Below, piece by piece: positions 59,148-64,000 of a DNA stretch of 64,000 nucleotides. Source of the stretch: Octopus vulgaris (Eukaryota); assembly GCA_951406725.2 (NCBI GenBank), contig OX597832.1, positions 64,418,001-64,482,000 of the forward strand, in the 5' to 3' direction. Numbering within the stretch: the stretch's first letter is position 1; the number at the start of each line of letters is the position of its first letter. The notes beneath the pieces are model-generated. The model saw nothing but the letters and a program-made list of their open reading frames with translations, had not been told where the DNA came from and did no database searches. Position numbers and translations under genes: made by a program.

Positions 59148-60175
59148 ATCTACATAAACGACCTTTCCAGCGTCGTAAAACACTGCAAAGTGAAAATATT
59201 TGTTGATGACACTAAGCTCCTGCAAATCATCAATGAAGAAGGAGGCCGAACTCAACTCCAGTCTGATCTATATGCTGTGAGTCAATGGGCAGACAAAAAC
59301 AAAATGCAACTAAGCGAGGGAAAATTTAAGCTGGTGCATTTTGGAAGAAAGACTATACTAAAACAGCCACAATCTCCTCCTTCAGGGGAACCTGAAGGTT
59401 CCCTTGAAGCATTTAATAATATCAGAGACCTAGGTGTAATTGTTGATAACAATCTCAGTTGGAGTACCCATATCAACAATAAGGTCGATGTAGCTCGTAG
59501 GATGAGTTCCTGGATCTTAAGAACCTTCCGGTACAGATAACAAGATGTCATCATTCCACTTTTCTCCTCCTTTGTACGTCCACACCTCGAATACTGCTGC
59601 CTCATGTGGTCTCCCCATACAAAACAAAACATTTCGAAAATTGAATCACTCCAGAGGGCATTCACTGAATGAATTAAGGTCATGACTGATCTCGATTACT
59701 GGGACTGCCTTAAAGCCTTGAAACTCTACTCTCTCCAGCGCCGCCGCGAGCGGTACATCATTTGCAGGATGTGGAGAATATGCCGCCAGCATTGCCCAAA
59801 CGACCTCAGCTTCAAAGTTCATCCAATGCTAGGACCACGAGCCATACGTCCCCTCACCAATTCAGGACCATAACACATAAATACACTGCAACACAATTTA
59901 ATTTCCTTTAACATTGTCCCAAAACTAATCAAAGAGGAAAAGGATCCCATCACCTTTAAACGGAGTCTGGACAAATTTCTTCAAGGAATACCAGATAAGC
60001 CACCCATACCTGGATACAACGAACTCAACAAGAACTCACTACTTGAATGGACCGTGATACCACAAAACTTAACTTTAAAAGGGTTTAGATAATCCTATCA
60101 GGTGGTGCTATTAAGTTAGACATGGCCGGGACCAATCTTTGGTCGAAACATATCTAAATTTATTATCTAAGTTTA
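59148..60175 (+). mobile_element. CR1-clade LINE, 5'-truncated RT C-terminus and 3'UTR
   Basis: IYINDL..KIFVDDTKL, LQSDL..VSQWAD.N.MQL, RDLGVIVDNNLSW..HIN, VRPHLEYC..WSP and LKLYSLQRRRER, with premature stops. Confidence 0.92.
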
Positions 60176-60179
60176 TCAA

Positions 60180-60330
60180 ATAGATTACATTCCAATGACA
60201 GCTACTTTCTTTCATCGATCCCTGAAGGATGAAAGACAGTTGACTTGAGTGGTGATTGAACTTAGAAGGTAACGAACCGTAACTAAATACAGTAAGACAT
60301 TTTGTCAGACACGCGAACCATTTTACCAGC
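60180..60330 (-). mobile_element. SINE family B, diverged
   Basis: atcgatccctgaaggatgaaagacagttgac core in reverse. Confidence 0.6.
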
Positions 60331-60919
60331 AAGAATCATAACTACAAGCAGGACTCGGGAATATTTCACGGAATTAATGGTAAACCTACTGCGTTATTTT
60401 TGTAAACTTTATCCAAAAACCTGAAAGCGTATCCTGTGTTGTGTCTGTGTGGAAAGATGGTCGCTCGTCTGCTAATCATCGGAGAGTGAAAGAAATTGGA
60501 ATACGATGGTTATTTAATGCACTTTATTTATACACTTCATATACTTTATGAACAATTTTATAGACTTAATACAAAGCTCTCACAAAATAAATATTCACTC
60601 TTATTTTAACATTTCCCCCGTAAACTGAAAAAAGAAAATATCCCGTTCATATGATACAACGTTTAGTTACATTGCATATATCTGCGGCGTAAATAAGCGT
60701 GAATATTTCAAAATATTACATGCGTTGAGTGATAGGTGATATAAAAATACTTAGTTCAATAAAAAATACATTTTTCACTATCCAATCACCACCAACAGCA
60801 ACTACAACTCAACCACTACCTCCATCATTACCACCACCAACATCACTTCCCTCCCCCTCTCTCTCCCCACCTCCCTCTCTCCTCTTCTACCTTCGACTAA
60901 CTTTTTTTTAAGTACCTCA

Positions 60920-61264
60920 TAAATATTATGTGCTCCCTATCTCACATTATGGACGCTTCTCCCTCTTTTTCTTTCTCCCTCTTTCTGTGTCACTCTTCGC
61001 CTTATCCTCTTTTTCTCTCTCTCCTTTTTCTTTCTTCTCTCTTTCCCCTCCACTAATCACGTGAAAGCGTTACAATTACATTCCCTTTACCGCACGTCAT
61101 GGACGCTTCTCACTCCCTCTTTTTCTCTCTACTTCTTTTCTTTCCCCATCTTTTTCTTTAGTCATGTGAAAGTGTTACCGACGGGCTAAGTAACGCAATG
61201 ACAAACTGAATTATTATAAGTCAAGCTGGCCCCGTGCCGTAAAAAATGACGGCTAATTGTAGTA
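60920..61264 (+). mobile_element. Possible Helitron-like non-autonomous 3' end
   Basis: Two direct repeats starting atggacgcttctc (about 60949 and 61099), then the hairpin gccgt-aaaaaatg-acggc followed by taattgtag|t, a degenerate CTRR-T terminus. Confidence 0.35.
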
Positions 61265-61317
61265 TTTTATATATAAAAAATGTACAAAATAAGGTACATA
61301 ATAATCAGAGATACAAA

Positions 61318-61690
61318 CATTCACATACCTCCCTTTGTGCACGCACACACATACACACATATACTCAAACAGCTTTGAAATGCTGTTTGATTTTTCCTTT
61401 CAGCGTTAAATTTTCACCACCCCACTTTTATTGCACCCCCCACACATACACACATGCAAATATTCACATACCTCCCTTTTAGATACATACACATATACTC
61501 ATACGGAGTTGAAACGCTGTTTGATTTTTCTTTTCAGCGTTTAATGTTCCTCAGCCCACTTCCATTGCACACACACACACAAACAATCATTCACATAATA
61601 CCTCCCTTTTACATATACACACATATACTCACACAGAGTTGAAATGCTGTTTGATTTTTTTTCACCATAGAACTTCCCTCATCCCACTAC
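61318..61690. repeat. Tandem minisatellite, about 3 units of 125-145 bp
   Basis: tcacatacctccctttt...catatactca...gaaatgctgtttgatttt is repeated at about 61320, 61463 and 61591. Confidence 0.85.
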
Positions 61691-61804
61691 CAAGTTTGCC
61701 ATCACCCCTTCCTTCCTTATACATCTATCATCCCTTCCTTTCTCATTCATATGCTGTGACGGAGAAAAACACAAGAGTATTTTTATAGCAGGTAATTATA
61801 GATT

Positions 61805-62425
61805 TTGGTACAATGCAAGCGAATGTGTAGTGAAGGCTGGTCGATTACATCGATCCCAGGGCTTAACTGGCGTTTATTTAATTGATCTTGGAAGGACGAA
61901 AGACAAAGCCAACCTTGGCGGAATTTGAACTCAGCATGTAAAAGCTGTAAGAATAATGCTAAGTATTTTGTTCGTCGCGCTAACCATCCTACAAGCTCGT
62001 CGCCTTAACAACAACTATAATAATGGTTTCAAATTTTGGCACAAGGCCAGTAATTTCCGGGGGAGGGACTAAGTTGATTACATCGACTTATTTTATCGAT
62101 CACGAAATGATGAATAGCAAAGTCGACCTCGGCGGAATTTGAACTCAGGGACATAAAGACAGACGAAATACGACAAAGCATTCTTGTCCGGCGTGCGAAC
62201 GATTCGGCTAACTCGTTACCCTCCTTGTAGGCACAAGTCCTGATGTTTTGGAAGAGGGATTAGTCGGTTACATCGACCCCAGTACTTGACTGGTATTCAG
62301 TTTTTAGACCCTCAAAGAATGAACGGCAAAATCGACCTCGGTGGAATTTGAACTCAATGTAAACGCTGACGAAATACAGCTAAGCATTTCCGCAACGTAC
62401 CAACAATTCTGCCAGCTTGCCGCTT
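61805..62425 (-). mobile_element. Three head-to-tail SINE family B copies
   Basis: Units at about 61805-62006, 62025-62220 and 62225-62425, each with ggcggaatttgaactc. Confidence 0.85.
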
Positions 62426-63125
62426 CAACAACAACAACGACGACGATAGTAATAATAGTAACCATGATGATGATGATGATGATGAGTATGACGAACATGA
62501 TGGTAATGATGATGAAATAGTCGAGAATAAACAAAAATTAAAATACGGAAAAGGAAACAAAGGCCCTCAGCTTCTTGCTAAACAATAAAAATAAATAAAC
62601 AATTGAAAGGAAGAAGGACATAAACAAACACACAACCAAACAACCAAACAAACGAACAAAGAAATGCAGAGTGTTTTCTAGTTTTCTTTCCATTTTTCCG
62701 TATTCAATTCTCGGAACTTGTCTAATTAGTATCTCAGTGATATCTTTACAAATTTCTGCGGAAATTCATTGATATTTGGTACGAGATTTTGTAATCTTTC
62801 CTGTTCTTCCGTTCCTACATCCCCAAAGCCTAGTCAATAGTTATTATTATAATTAATACACCGGAAACAAAATATATCCTATTCACCGCTTCTTTCTCTT
62901 CTCAACTGTAAACCAACAAACCTTTAAATCAATTATCAGTTGGTGGCCTCCTCTCTTACCAACAGGCGATTTCTTTTTATTTTTACAGTTTTTTTTTTCC
63001 TATTTTCTTCTTGTTTTCTCTCGGTTGCTCTCACGTTCTTTGATACTTTATTTTCTCTTTTTCGTCATCTGTCGTTTACTTTCTCATCTATGTGTCTCTT
63101 TATCTATCTCCTTCTCTCTCTCTCA

Positions 63126-63174
<49 letters not shown>

Positions 63175-63379
63175 AATCTCTGTCCTCTCAAAATCTCGTG
63201 CTACCATATGTTGTTTATCATCTAAGAAAGAGATACAAGGAATTTTTCCAGCGCCTTTTGTTGAGGATAAATTATTCAGCTACAATTATATTTATTTCAC
63301 AGTATTTTAAAATTGTAACGACGGTTCACCGCGACAAATACAGAGAAAGAAAATACAGCCACTCATCATTTCCAGATTT

Positions 63380-63652
63380 GTGCGACTCACTGGCTGTTGT
63401 TTCAGCAACAATAATAGCCACCGTATCCTAGAAAGTCCTTCAACAGGACTTCTGATTACAAGCATAACTAGAATATATATACAACTATCTATACTACAAT
63501 CGGGTTCGAAATTTCCCCAACACACCTGGTGAAGGCTGGAGGGTATATCAGCCGAAACGTTGTGCTAACAACAAACAAGATGAGAACAAATATCCGTTAA
63601 ATGTAAATAATGTAAATAATGTACATAATTCCTCATCTCTTAAATATAGAAT
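63380..63652 (+). mobile_element. PLE pLTR-like module with hammerhead (63521-63565)
   Basis: cacac-CTGGTGA-a-ggctg(gagggtatat)cagcc-GAAA-cg-tt-gtgc. The 3' part matches the 29669-29908 family. The left boundary is uncertain. Confidence 0.7.
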
Positions 63653-64000
63653 TGTATTATCAGAATACAGACGTTGTAGTCTTTATCAAGCGCTTTCATA
63701 TGAATGTTGGAGACCTACGAAGTGAAGAACACTGCGAAGGCACTTCAAAGGCACTAATAATACCAGAGCTGCAATGTTAAACTATCGAAGTGTTTCTCTC
63801 TCATTATTTTACCTATGAACACTCCTAGCTATTCGATGGCTTAAAAAATCATATTATAGATTTATAATTAAATAGTTTTGAGAATTGTATAAAAAAATTG
63901 TTAAAATATCTTGAGTATTGTAAATGTACATCCAATTCATTATCGATAAATTTTCGCTACAAGATTTTATATGGACCCCGGTTGAGAATCACTGCTCTGT

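Noticed and set aside
58707-59683. Minus-strand ORFs of 182 and 133 aa
   Set aside because: They are antisense shadows of the decayed R4-like and CR1-like LINEs.
61318-61690. Regularly spaced repeats as a possible CRISPR array
   Set aside because: The whole unit is repeated with no unique spacers, there are no cas genes, and the context is eukaryotic.
63965-63995. hAT-like TIR ggttgagaatcactg
   Set aside because: No partner TIR or 8-bp TSD was found in the window.

Overview
AT-rich, gene-poor eukaryotic intergenic or intronic DNA. The repeat families match, from recall, those of coleoid cephalopods (Octopus); this attribution is an inference. I found no intact host protein-coding gene, rRNA, bona fide tRNA or CRISPR array, and almost all ORFs in the track are microsatellite translations (IYIY, THTH, poly-I/N/Y/T). 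The window is a mosaic of (TA)n, (CA)n, (TACA)n, (TATC)n, (TAA)n, (TAC)n and (GA)n microsatellites, three or more tRNA-derived SINE families, decayed LINEs (R4/Dong-like, CR1-like, RTE-like), Tc1/mariner/pogo-type transposon relics and MITEs, and several Penelope-like (PLE) fragments. The most notable signal is a set of at least six sequence-distinct type I hammerhead-ribozyme-like motifs in short, mostly (TA)n-embedded PLE-type modules. One carries a compensatory U3-A8 core, and three modules are long palindromes with mirrored ribozyme copies. All alignments and folds were done by eye, so many element boundaries are approximate.
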